DNA of 64,000 bases from an uncultured virus (IMG/VR IMGVR_UViG_3300013105_000023). Lineage: Duplodnaviria; Heunggongvirae; Uroviricota; Caudoviricetes. The stretch lies in the IMG/VR virus record IMGVR_UViG_3300013105_000023; one strand, 5' to 3'. The notes beneath the pieces are model-generated. The model was not told the DNA's origin and made no database searches. It saw only the letters and a program-made list of their open reading frames with translations. Both the position numbers and the translations under genes were made by a program. Of the stretch, positions 8,970-17,663 are shown one piece after another. Every line of letters starts with the position of its first letter. Within the stretch, counting starts at the first letter, position 1.

Positions 8970-9673
8970 TAGAACTGGTATACCTTAACGTCTTGGAGAG
9001 ATTGAATGTCTTCCGGTGTCAGGAACCCATCGGTCAACTTTCTGATCCCGTCGGTGATGTGAACCAGCTTCTCTTTCAAGCCGACCTGCAGGAACATCAG
9101 GATGATATCCACGTCGTTCTTCTGGTGAATGAACTCCCGGATCAGACCCGCGGTGCTGGTCTCAAGCATCGAGAGCATCCACGCTTCAGGTTCGGTCATG
9201 GGCTGACGGTCACGCGTCATGCTGAGCGGATCGTAGGCGCCGGCTTGCAAGAACTCACAGTAGATCTGGCCGAGACAATCCTCGACTTCGTCTACCGGGT
9301 ACTCAGCATCCTGGCCTTGCTCGGTGTAATACGCTTTCAGTGCAGACAGAGCGTCTTCGAGCTGTAAGTGGGCGTGCGTCAGGAAACCAATGTCGTGACT
9401 GGTACGCTGGGTCAATTCAAGGAGTAGGTTGTTGCGAACGTCGACGGACGTCTTCACACTAAACAGGAAGGTGTTCAGGCTGGTTAACGCCACACCGTGA
9501 TCGCCTTCCAGGGTGCGGACGTAGATAAGACCGGGCTCTTTAGGCAAACGACGCATAGAGAGCCCGAGGTAATCGATTAAAGATTCAACAGATACTGCAG
9601 ATTCGAGCCGACGGGTTTCTGGGTGCATATAACCAAAGACATCGAACTCACCAAAGCGACACGTAATTTTCAT
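8969..9673 (-). CDS. Divergent P22_AR_N-like protein, paralogue 5
   Basis: VSVESLIDYLGL..VALTSLNTFLFSV; C-terminal LSMLE resembles LAAME in paralogue 2. Confidence 0.6.
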   Translation of the reverse strand: MKITCRFGEFDVFGYMHPETRRLESAVSVESLIDYLGLSMRRLPKEPGLIYVRTLEGDHGVALTSLNTFLFSVKTSVDVRNNLLLELTQRTSHDIGFLTHAHLQLEDALSALKAYYTEQGQDAEYPVDEVEDCLGQIYCEFLQAGAYDPLSMTRDRQPMTEPEAWMLSMLETSTAGLIREFIHQKNDVDIILMFLQVGLKEKLVHITDGIRKLTDGFLTPEDIQSLQDVKVYQF

Positions 9674-9695
9674 AGGTCTCCTCCATTACGTGTTA

Positions 9696-9703
9696 CTTAT
9701 ACC
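9696..9703 (-). promoter_or_regulatory. Phage GGTATAAG promoter
   Basis: Recurrent motif. Confidence 0.65.
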
Positions 9704-9716
9704 AAGAAATCGCGGT

Positions 9717-10313
9717 TTATAAGGAGTTCAGTTCGTCTCGCTTGTCCACCAAGGTCTCAGTATTGCCTCGTTGAGCTTCTTCCACCAAAGTTCGCTCCGC
9801 CGGCGGCAGGACGGTGGCGTCTACGCGGGAAACTTCTTCCTTGAGAAAATTCACGGACTCCTTCAAGTCATCGAACATCGTGTAAAAGCGAGCGAGCCAA
9901 ACCACGGTAAAGCCGACCAGGAACACGGAATAGATACCGAAGGATTTGTCGACGTAGTAGTCGAAGAGCACTTCTGCTCCGGCCAGACCGAAGGTCAGGA
10001 TGTAGATCATCCACGAGATACCGGAGAACGGCCCCGAGAACGCCGTGTTGAACTCATCGTTAGAACTGACGGTCTTCTTCAAAATACCCTGCGTCACCTT
10101 GCCCAGCACAATGCTCGTGAAGTACATAACGCAAGGGATCAGCATTAAGCACGCTCCGGCGAGAATCGAGCTTAGGTTCTGAGCCCCATCGATGAATGCG
10201 GAAACACCGAGGGTCAATGCAGACGTGGCTAAAAAGAAGAATGAATACAGTCGGGAGCGCATCCCGAAACTATGTAAACGTTTTGTTGCAAACTCAATGT
10301 TTCTAGCAGACAT
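9717..10313 (-). CDS. Membrane protein with about 4 TM helices
   Basis: Four hydrophobic segments, charged C-terminal tail, AGGAG RBS. Confidence 0.7.
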   Translation of the reverse strand: MSARNIEFATKRLHSFGMRSRLYSFFFLATSALTLGVSAFIDGAQNLSSILAGACLMLIPCVMYFTSIVLGKVTQGILKKTVSSNDEFNTAFSGPFSGISWMIYILTFGLAGAEVLFDYYVDKSFGIYSVFLVGFTVVWLARFYTMFDDLKESVNFLKEEVSRVDATVLPPAERTLVEEAQRGNTETLVDKRDELNSL

Positions 10314-10433
10314 GTGGTTCTCCTGTGTAGTTGCTAGTGTTTTAGGGAAAACTCCCTATAGGATTTTAGTAATTTTACTTAAGTCAGCCTTTGAGATTAC
10401 TCCCAAAGGCCGCTTAATTAACAAATAGTTGAT

Positions 10434-10772
10434 CTAGCTAAAGGACACCGGGAACTTGACCCCAGAATAGTCGTAGTAGAAGACTGCCCAGCCTTCCAGT
10501 GCTGCTTGGATATCCTCACAGGTCGCATCACAAGGGAATCCACCCCATTCATCAAAACCTGGGATTTTGCTATAACCCGGGCCACCGCTGCCTTCGGAGT
10601 CCACTTTCTCACATGCCGCATAGAAGTTGGCGACAGTAAGCAGATCCGCTTCTTCCACAACCATTTCTTCAACGGTCGTAGCATCGGCATCCCCATGCAT
10701 ATATTTCACTTCCAGCACGTACTTGCCGAAGAAACCGAGTGGCGTGTGGCCCACTTTGAATTCACTAAACAT
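10434..10772 (-). CDS. Hypothetical protein, MxGDAD family
   Basis: YMHGDAD..FYYDYSG. Confidence 0.65.
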   Translation of the reverse strand: MFSEFKVGHTPLGFFGKYVLEVKYMHGDADATTVEEMVVEEADLLTVANFYAACEKVDSEGSGGPGYSKIPGFDEWGGFPCDATCEDIQAALEGWAVFYYDYSGVKFPVSFS

Positions 10773-11148
10773 AATCTTTCCACCAGAAATCTACAGAGTG
10801 AGGGAGTCCCTGATCGTCGTACCACAGGACTAACAGGTCTTTGAACCTGCCGTAGCCCCACGCGTCATGGTCGTTTTGGAAAAAGTCACAGAGATCGTCT
10901 TCGTCCCGCTCACCGAGGGTGTCAACAAAGACTTGGTACAAAGGATCCCGGGTGTAACCGTGATCTTTCGTCCACTTGGCGCCGTCGAACATGTTCTTTA
11001 GAGCGATAACCTGCTCTTCCGTTTCCAGCGTTATATGGCCGGTTGGGTAGCTGTCGGCATCACCGAGCATGAACATACACTCAATGACGTAGACCTCCCG
11101 ATGCTCGGATTGCATTACGAAAGGGTTGACCGTTAAGCCATTAATCAT
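10765..11148 (-). CDS. Hypothetical protein, MxGDAD family
   Basis: FMLGDAD..LWYDDQG. Confidence 0.65.
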   Translation of the reverse strand: MINGLTVNPFVMQSEHREVYVIECMFMLGDADSYPTGHITLETEEQVIALKNMFDGAKWTKDHGYTRDPLYQVFVDTLGERDEDDLCDFFQNDHDAWGYGRFKDLLVLWYDDQGLPHSVDFWWKDYV

Positions 11149-11474
11149 ACTGACCTCTTCTTGACGCCCACTTGGACGACCGGAATGTCACCGATGTCCA
11201 CGTTGAACACCACCTTTAACGCCGCCAGAAAAGCCTCGGGCGATTGATCTTCCCAGAGTGCCGCCACCGGTTGGTACCCGACGGCCGACTTGAAGACTTT
11301 CTCCGAGCGATCGTAATACGTGCACGCCTGCAGTTCCTCATAGAGCCGCAAGTCCCGTGTTGCCGTTATCTCAGAGATGTCAAAGAGCTCGACCAGGAAA
11401 GAACGTTTCAGACGGCCGTGCTCGTGGAACATCGCATCGATGAACTTGAGTCGGACAAGCTGTTGGTTCTTCAC
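11145..11474 (-). CDS. Stand-alone wHTH resembling the N-terminus of CapW/BrxR-type WYL regulators
   Basis: RLKFID..HGRLKRSFLVELFDISEITATRDLRLY..YDRSEKVF. No WYL domain; 109 aa. Confidence 0.7.
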   Translation of the reverse strand: MKNQQLVRLKFIDAMFHEHGRLKRSFLVELFDISEITATRDLRLYEELQACTYYDRSEKVFKSAVGYQPVAALWEDQSPEAFLAALKVVFNVDIGDIPVVQVGVKKRSV

Positions 11475-11941
11475 ACTAACCCCGCGTTGAACAGGACGAC
11501 GGTGTTGAAATCCTGGAAGAGCGACTTCGTGTTGAGAATATCTTCAACGGTCATCCAGGAGGCCGGGCCTTCATTTTCAAAGCCAGCGGAAGGTCCGACA
11601 GGGACTTCCACCGTGGCAATCCCGGAGTACACAGCGATCTGGGCACCGCGGAAGTTGATCTCTTGGAGGTAGTCGATCGGGTCTTTCAAATTGCTCAGGC
11701 CAATACCGGTCTCTTCTTCCAGCTCACGGTACGCGGCGTCCCGATAGCTTTCGCCAGGGTCACGTTTACCACAGGGCAGGCCGAGTTGACCGTCTTTCGC
11801 CCGGTGTGTTACGAGCACACGACCGGTGTCTTCAGCGTGGATCACGCACAGGCTGGCCGTCATTTTGACAGTTTGGGCTTGAGTCTCAACGAACGCGGCT
11901 GAAGCCAGCACGTTCTTATTAGCAGTGGGTCGGAGTAGCAT
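11471..11941 (-). CDS. Nudix hydrolase
   Basis: Nudix box GKRDPGESYRDAAYRELEEETGI. Confidence 0.9.
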   Translation of the reverse strand: MLLRPTANKNVLASAAFVETQAQTVKMTASLCVIHAEDTGRVLVTHRAKDGQLGLPCGKRDPGESYRDAAYRELEEETGIGLSNLKDPIDYLQEINFRGAQIAVYSGIATVEVPVGPSAGFENEGPASWMTVEDILNTKSLFQDFNTVVLFNAGLV

Positions 11942-11942
11942 A

Positions 11943-12152
11943 TTAAATCCCTATGACAAATACTTTGATCAAGCCCGCAGTGAAGAGGGCGACGATGATA
12001 ACTAAGGCAGCGATCAGTGTGATAAAACCACTGAGGTCAGATACACGTGCAGGAGGGGGAGTACTGTGGTACGCCTCCCATTGTCTGGCAATAAGAACAG
12101 GAAAGGCCATAATCAGGCAGACACTTAGGACAAAGAAAATCACGTAACCCAT
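11943..12152 (-). CDS. Small 2-TM membrane protein
   Basis: Two hydrophobic helices; coupled to acb1. Confidence 0.6.
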   Translation of the reverse strand: MGYVIFFVLSVCLIMAFPVLIARQWEAYHSTPPPARVSDLSGFITLIAALVIIVALFTAGLIKVFVIGI

Positions 12153-12604
12153 CAGTCTTCCTCAATAGGCTCCCAGCGTTCGCCGGCGAGCATAATAGTT
12201 TGTGGAAATTCCCCTTTGTCGAGCATCATCTTCAACCGGGGGATTTGTTTCACGATGTCCGGACCGTAGCCCAGGCTCATGTGGCAATCGTACTTCGGGT
12301 AGGAATGCTCAAACCCTTTGGTTCGCAGCACCATGTGGCGGCCAACGAGATTCGGACAGTCAAGCTTAAGGACCGCCGCTTCCCATTTACTGCCTGGCTC
12401 ACCCATGTGTTTAATGTCCACGACACGGGCCTGATAGCGGGCTTCCGGCGATGCCTTGGGGTCGATATTTGGGTTACGCTTGTCGTACATCAGCGTGACG
12501 TGCAGCTTGTTCTGCTCCATGCCCTTAATGCCGGCATTGGTTAAAGCTTTGACGATCTTCTTTGCGTCAAGGGAATCGGGTTTTACTTCGGCGTAACCGT
12601 TCAT
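12152..12604 (-). CDS. acb1: Anti-CBASS 2H phosphodiesterase (Acb1, T4 57B family)
   Basis: KLHVTLMY..VLKLD..RH..G..HSYPKYDCHMSLGY..ERWEPI matches the 57B pattern, with two HxT/S motifs. Confidence 0.85.
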   Translation of the reverse strand: MNGYAEVKPDSLDAKKIVKALTNAGIKGMEQNKLHVTLMYDKRNPNIDPKASPEARYQARVVDIKHMGEPGSKWEAAVLKLDCPNLVGRHMVLRTKGFEHSYPKYDCHMSLGYGPDIVKQIPRLKMMLDKGEFPQTIMLAGERWEPIEED

Positions 12605-12933
12605 GACATCTCCAGGGTGATAATTCCGTGATTTCTCCAGACCATGCTTGCAGGGATAGGTAAGGGCCTCATATTTGCGAGGATGAAAGCAGGCTCTTCA
12701 TAAGACCAGGAGTATTCATGACCGTGATCATGATCCACGCCCTTGACGGTCAGAGTATCCGCCGACACCACAAATTGGTTGGTTTCCCCATCCGGCCACT
12801 TGATGGTGCCGACCTTGCCTTTTACAACAACGGGATCAAACCCGTGGATAACATGGAAATCCCTGCGAGATAGCCCGTTGTAACGCCACTCTCCGCCGTT
12901 CCAACCACCGATATGAGTAAAGACTACTTCCAT
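12601..12933 (-). CDS. Hypothetical protein
   Basis: Coupled ORF. Confidence 0.6.
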   Translation of the reverse strand: MEVVFTHIGGWNGGEWRYNGLSRRDFHVIHGFDPVVVKGKVGTIKWPDGETNQFVVSADTLTVKGVDHDHGHEYSWSYEEPAFILANMRPLPIPASMVWRNHGIITLEMS

Positions 12934-13187
12934 TAGCGCCTCCGGGCGAGTTTCTGTGCACGTTTCTTACGGGCCAGGCGGCGATCTTTGGCCACACCGG
13001 TACGACGGGGTGTGTGCTCCTCTGCCTGCTTACGCGGAGAGAGGATCATTGTGTCGCCATCAAAGTCTTTAGGCTCGCCAGAGAACATCTCGGTGTCACC
13101 ACGAATTGCTTGTCCGGTCAAGCCTAAAGCGCTTACCACGCCAATAGCCCGAGATCCGGAACCGATTACCACGATGTCTTTGTCCAT
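12933..13187 (-). CDS. Hypothetical protein with a basic C-terminal tail
   Basis: AGGAG RBS; RRTGVAKDRRLARKKR. Confidence 0.6.
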   Translation of the reverse strand: MDKDIVVIGSGSRAIGVVSALGLTGQAIRGDTEMFSGEPKDFDGDTMILSPRKQAEEHTPRRTGVAKDRRLARKKRAQKLARRR

Positions 13188-13198
13188 CGCAAACTCCT

Positions 13199-13222
13199 AA
13201 AAAAGCCCGGACGAATCCGGGC
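13199..13222 (-). terminator. Intrinsic terminator abutting the next RBS
   Basis: GCCCGGA-TTCG-TCCGGGC-TTTTTT-AGGAG. Confidence 0.75.
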
Positions 13223-13229
13223 AGTTCTA

Positions 13230-13367
13230 CTACGGGCAGGGCTCTGCGTCTTCCAGAGGCTCTGCACCGCACTTACAGCATTTCGTCCAGGACCGGTCGT
13301 TCATCGAACCGCAGCGTGCACAGTTGATGATCGAGTTCCAGTCCTGGTCCCAGATGCGAAGAATCAT
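13230..13367 (-). CDS. 45-aa zinc-ribbon protein (not in the ORF track)
   Basis: MILRIWDQDWNSIINCARCGSMNDRSWTKCCKCGAEP..; ATGA overlap with the upstream stop. Confidence 0.6.
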   Translation of the reverse strand: MILRIWDQDWNSIINCARCGSMNDRSWTKCCKCGAEPLEDAEPCP

Positions 13368-13768
13368 GAGCCGCGAAGTGCAGCCAGTTTGGCTTCGATC
13401 TCAGCTTCAGACAGGCTCTGCAGAGCGTCTTTCTTCTTGTTGTGCAGCAGGTTTTCCAGATCGGCGATCTGCTGAGAAGTCTGCAGGCGTTTTTCAGCCA
13501 CGTTCTTCTCTTCCTGCTTAACACTGATGATGTACTTCACGATGTCCAGCTTGTCCGAGACCAGGGCACGCTTAGGGTTGCTGCCGGTTTCAACGAAGCT
13601 CTCTTCGCCCAGAGTTTTCAGCTCGTTGTTCAGAGCCACGGCGACCGAGTTCAGGTCAATGCCCTGGGTTTTCACCAGCAGAGGCAGGTCCCACAGCTGC
13701 TCAACAGACAGTTCGCCTTTAGCAGACGGGAAACGGAATTTGTTACGGATTGCTTTTTCGAAGTTCAT
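13364..13768 (-). CDS. Conserved phage coiled-coil protein
   Basis: RFPSAKGELSVEQLWDLPL followed by a coiled coil; partner of the upstream gene. Confidence 0.75.
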   Translation of the reverse strand: MNFEKAIRNKFRFPSAKGELSVEQLWDLPLLVKTQGIDLNSVAVALNNELKTLGEESFVETGSNPKRALVSDKLDIVKYIISVKQEEKNVAEKRLQTSQQIADLENLLHNKKKDALQSLSEAEIEAKLAALRGS

Positions 13769-13777
13769 GATTGTTCC

Positions 13778-15847
13778 TTAGAATTGAACGTTGTAGACTT
13801 TGTTGAGTTTTTCACCGGTAACACGGATCGTGACCGACTCAGATTTAGTGGAACTGAAACCTACGCCAGACAGTTGGTCATCGGTCGGTTCACACTTAGT
13901 TTTGGAGCCCAGTACTTCAAACACCTTGCGTTCCCGTTCCAGATCGCTACGCAGGAATTCGTTGTAGATACCACGGGTTGGTTCTGGGTTTTTGGCGCCA
14001 TCCAGCAGGAAGAACCAGTGTTTGTTGCCAATCGCTTTGCCTTCCCAGAAGTTCGGGGACAGCATGACGGTGGTCACAGGAACGAACTGCTCGGTTTTCA
14101 GACCCCAGACTTCTTGAGGAGCGGAACCGCATGGCATGTGATGTTTGATTGACAGGTCGCTGCCACGTTTGGTGACGGTCGCAACCGGCTGCCACTCTTT
14201 GTGTTTCATGGCGCTTTCACGCTCGTACTGGAAGATCTGACCGTTGAACTCGATCTCGGCTTTGAAGCCACCTTCCGTTGGAGCACGCAGTGACCAGTTG
14301 TGGATCTTACAGATGTAATCGCCGTCTGGCATACGATCGAAGCTTGGGAACGTGATGTTCTCAACCGGAACGTAACCAACCGGTGCCGCCGTCACGTAGT
14401 CGACGTCTTGATGACCGCCAGAACGTGGGTGCGTACGGTGGTTCCAGCCGACACGCTGATCGTTACCGTAATTGTCATGGCACAGCTGATCACCGTGGCC
14501 GTTCCAACCCGGCATGAACACGTGCAAGTCCATCAATGACGCATTACGCTCACGGTAGTTCCACTGGTGGGTGAAACGGAAGGCACCGGTCACAGAACCG
14601 CCACGCGCCACTACTGCTTCACGCATGGAGTCCGTAATGTTACCGTTGTAGGACCACGCGAAGTCATTACCCCATTTGAACAGCGGCTCGGTACCTTCGT
14701 GGACCGGTGCCGTGATGCTCATTAAGTTGTTTTTCAGCGAGTTCTTCAGCAGCACGTCCAGCGTACGGGCACGCGGCAGAATGTTCGCCATGAAGTCTTC
14801 GATACGGATATCTTCGCCTTCAGTGCTGACGGGCTTCTGCTGCACGGCACCGGCCAGCAGGCTTTCCAGACCGCCTTTCATTTTGGCCTGAGCTGCGTTG
14901 CTGACCCACAGGACGTCATTCACGGACACGTCGGACAGGCGAGCATGACGACGTTCCAGGGAAGGCTCGAGGTTCAGCTCCCGAATGGTCTTAATTGCTT
15001 GGTTAATCATCCCTTGAGAGATGATCGCCGTTGGATGCTTGTAGTTCAGGGGATCTGTCTTACGACCGAACACTTCCACCGCCTTCTCAACGTCCATTTC
15101 ACCGGCCGTCAGGTCGATCAGGAACGTGCCGACTGCCGTATTACGCAGTTTGGCCGCAGGGAAATCGATGTTGTTCCAGACGAACGCCGTACGGGCATTG
15201 CCTTCGGGCAGCTCCAGGTAGACCGTCTGCACGTCGTAGAACGCTTTCACACTTGGACGGAACTCGGCACCACGGTAAACCGAATTGGAGTCGATCAGGT
15301 CCAGAGCGATCTCAAAGGCTTCCGGAGAGAGTTCTTCCAGGCCACGCTTGAAGACTGCAGCTTTGGTGTTCAGCTCACCGGTCACTTCACCGATGGATTT
15401 GCTGAAGTGGCGCTTGGCAATCGTACAGTTGAAGTGGTTCCAGGTCAGCGTCGTGCCGTCGTCCAGCTTTTCGTACGTCTCCACGTGGCCCAGTTTGTTC
15501 TCGTCGATACGGAACACGCCGGTTACCGCCGCCGCCATGACACGGGCAGCCAGTTCTGAGGCGACGCAGTCGTACGGGAACTCCAGACCTTCTACATCCC
15601 AGATGGACTGCAGGTTGCCCTGATCGTCCATGGCGACGATGTTACCAACACGACGAATGAACGCTTTATCATAAGAACCATCGTGCTCGGTACGCTGACG
15701 GAAGATCGGGTTGGTGCCTTCCGGGAAGGACGCGAGATACAGATCCCACAGGTCGTCACCAGAAACGTTGGTACGGTACAGCTCTTGGGCTGACAATGCG
15801 TCCCAACGTTGGGCGATCTTGTCTGCGAACGGCTTAAAGTTACTCAT
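13778..15847 (-). CDS. Large conserved phage protein with a YfaP/DUF2135-like C-terminal segment
   Basis: LWDLYLASFP..N; DLHV..GG.QDVD..PVENITF; 689 aa. Confidence 0.75.
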   Translation of the reverse strand: MSNFKPFADKIAQRWDALSAQELYRTNVSGDDLWDLYLASFPEGTNPIFRQRTEHDGSYDKAFIRRVGNIVAMDDQGNLQSIWDVEGLEFPYDCVASELAARVMAAAVTGVFRIDENKLGHVETYEKLDDGTTLTWNHFNCTIAKRHFSKSIGEVTGELNTKAAVFKRGLEELSPEAFEIALDLIDSNSVYRGAEFRPSVKAFYDVQTVYLELPEGNARTAFVWNNIDFPAAKLRNTAVGTFLIDLTAGEMDVEKAVEVFGRKTDPLNYKHPTAIISQGMINQAIKTIRELNLEPSLERRHARLSDVSVNDVLWVSNAAQAKMKGGLESLLAGAVQQKPVSTEGEDIRIEDFMANILPRARTLDVLLKNSLKNNLMSITAPVHEGTEPLFKWGNDFAWSYNGNITDSMREAVVARGGSVTGAFRFTHQWNYRERNASLMDLHVFMPGWNGHGDQLCHDNYGNDQRVGWNHRTHPRSGGHQDVDYVTAAPVGYVPVENITFPSFDRMPDGDYICKIHNWSLRAPTEGGFKAEIEFNGQIFQYERESAMKHKEWQPVATVTKRGSDLSIKHHMPCGSAPQEVWGLKTEQFVPVTTVMLSPNFWEGKAIGNKHWFFLLDGAKNPEPTRGIYNEFLRSDLERERKVFEVLGSKTKCEPTDDQLSGVGFSSTKSESVTIRVTGEKLNKVYNVQF

Positions 15848-15883
15848 GCACTACTCCTTATGGTGCCAGTGGTGTCCTGGCGA

Positions 15884-16126
15884 TTAAAGTTCGGGAATTG
15901 CGTTTAATAAAGCTTTGAGGAGCCTGAGGCTTTCCATCAGGCTTTCGTCACTGGAACAACTGATACGGAGGCCAAGGGGATCGAACTCGATGTGTGCATT
16001 CCCTTGGCGCCGAGTGAAGGACATTCGGGTGCGGTGAAAGCGATCTTCTGGAAGGCGAGCTATGACCTTTGTCACCTTCCAGAACCCTTCACCTGTCTCC
16101 TCAACTTTTATGTCGGGTTCACTCAT
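15884..16126 (-). CDS. Hypothetical protein
   Basis: Coupled ORF. Confidence 0.5.
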   Translation of the reverse strand: MSEPDIKVEETGEGFWKVTKVIARLPEDRFHRTRMSFTRRQGNAHIEFDPLGLRISCSSDESLMESLRLLKALLNAIPEL

Positions 16127-16491
16127 ACGGAGAGACGAATATCCGTGGTGAGATCGATGGCAGTGATGCAGCTCTTGCCGAGGTTCAGCATTTCGACCTC
16201 ATAGCACGCATCAGGATCGTCTATCGTTGCAGCTTCCCACTGCTCGGTACACGCTTGAACATCACCATTAAAGAACATGATGGCTGTGGCGTGCAGCGTT
16301 TTTTCTGCAGTGCTGGTAGTGACTTTCTCACTATCTGCAAGGAAGACCATGAGCTCACGATGACGACGTTGCAGTTCAGAACGCATCATGAATTGCATGT
16401 AGTCATACTCAGGGAGATTTGTACACTCAGCCGTGGTGTGGCGGATCACGGAGTTCATCAACTGCTGGCGGAACGTTTCAGTTTTGATCAT
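16123..16491 (-). CDS. Hypothetical protein
   Basis: Coupled ORF. Confidence 0.55.
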   Translation of the reverse strand: MIKTETFRQQLMNSVIRHTTAECTNLPEYDYMQFMMRSELQRRHRELMVFLADSEKVTTSTAEKTLHATAIMFFNGDVQACTEQWEAATIDDPDACYEVEMLNLGKSCITAIDLTTDIRLSV

Positions 16492-16910
16492 GGTGGATTA
16501 CCAATCAGGATAGCGGTGACCTTCGGGGCGCCCGCTACGTTTGTGAAAGTGATACCCAGCAGTTCTTTGCCGGATCCCTGGAGCTCTTCGAATGCCACGG
16601 TGAACAGGTTGGCCTGTGCATCCTCGGCGTACATTACAGCCATTGCCTGAAGCAGAGTCAGGTGTGGATTTTTATTGTGGATCACGTTCAGCTGCATCAG
16701 CAGGTTGTTCGTGAAGTTATGGGTTACGTGGGTCGCCTGGAGTTCTTTGGCCATGATGGCCGCAATCTTACAGGAGATCTGGGTGGCGAATTCAGCTTGC
16801 TGCATAGATCTCACCATCATCGGTGAAGGTTTTCGATACGTCGCCAACGGTAATAGTGAACGCATGGAGGATCGGTGGATTAAACCATTCACGATCTTCG
16901 ACCGTAGCAC
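16488..16910 (-). CDS. Hypothetical protein (start uncertain)
   Basis: Stop codon is coupled to the next ORF. Confidence 0.5.
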   Translation of the reverse strand: MLRSKIVNGLIHRSSMRSLLPLATYRKPSPMMVRSMQQAEFATQISCKIAAIMAKELQATHVTHNFTNNLLMQLNVIHNKNPHLTLLQAMAVMYAEDAQANLFTVAFEELQGSGKELLGITFTNVAGAPKVTAILIGNPP

Positions 16911-17217
16911 TAACGTGCCATTCTTCTACACTATCCTCATCGAATTGCTTAATGAACTCGGTTGCATCCACCAGGTGTTGCTTGATGACTGGAGTTTCAT
17001 CTCCAAAGAGAATGTTTAGCATTTTGATTTGGTCAAATTCATCTTTTTCACCCTTAAGCGGGCGGTTGATGTCTTCGAGAATATCGAGCATGCGGACATT
17101 CAATGCATGGCAATAGGAAAGGCGGACGGCCCGATCGGGGGACATCCCTTCAGTGATCGCCATCAACAGTGCAATACGAAGAGCTTTAGAGGCTTGACGG
17201 AAAGTTTTGGTTGTCAT
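16792..17217 (-). CDS. Hypothetical protein
   Basis: AAGGA RBS. Confidence 0.55.
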   Translation of the reverse strand: MTTKTFRQASKALRIALLMAITEGMSPDRAVRLSYCHALNVRMLDILEDINRPLKGEKDEFDQIKMLNILFGDETPVIKQHLVDATEFIKQFDEDSVEEWHVSATVEDREWFNPPILHAFTITVGDVSKTFTDDGEIYAAS

Positions 17218-17225
17218 GGTAATCC

Positions 17226-17600
17226 TTATTTATCAAAGAGGCCGTGGACACGAGGCGTCTCGTGCCAATTATCATCATCAATCGTTACAATGAAGCTGGA
17301 ATTTAAGTTTTCACCATCCAGCCATTCTTCCCAGTAATCACTCCAGCCCTCTTGATTCCACCCAAAGACGCCATAGAGCAACTTGTAGCAATCGGAGTTG
17401 GACTCGATGTCGTAGTCGTTCTTGGCGATCTCGTCGTTGATAGCGTCAATGATCAAACTGCGGTAAGTCGCCTTGACCATTGGAACGGCTTGGAAGCCAC
17501 CGGTGATGGAGAAGACGATGTGCTGAAGGAAACGTTCGTTGTGGGACCAGGTGTGATCATGCTCATAGCGGTGTAACCCGCCGGTAAGATACTGTGGCAT
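17226..17600 (-). CDS. Hypothetical acidic, Trp-rich protein
   Basis: GGAGG RBS; first gene after a promoter. Confidence 0.65.
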   Translation of the reverse strand: MPQYLTGGLHRYEHDHTWSHNERFLQHIVFSITGGFQAVPMVKATYRSLIIDAINDEIAKNDYDIESNSDCYKLLYGVFGWNQEGWSDYWEEWLDGENLNSSFIVTIDDDNWHETPRVHGLFDK

Positions 17601-17640
17601 AGCGCCTCCAAAAGGTTAAAGGGGATAGGTCTCCCCTTGG

Positions 17641-17659
17641 TTTACACCTTTCTTATACC
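17641..17659 (-). promoter_or_regulatory. Phage GGTATAAG promoter
   Basis: GGTATAAGAAAGGTGTAAA. Confidence 0.75.
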
Positions 17660-17663
17660 CGAG

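Noticed and set aside
9717..10313. Holin call for the 4-TM protein
   Set aside because: Only hydrophobicity supports it; there is no adjacent endolysin.
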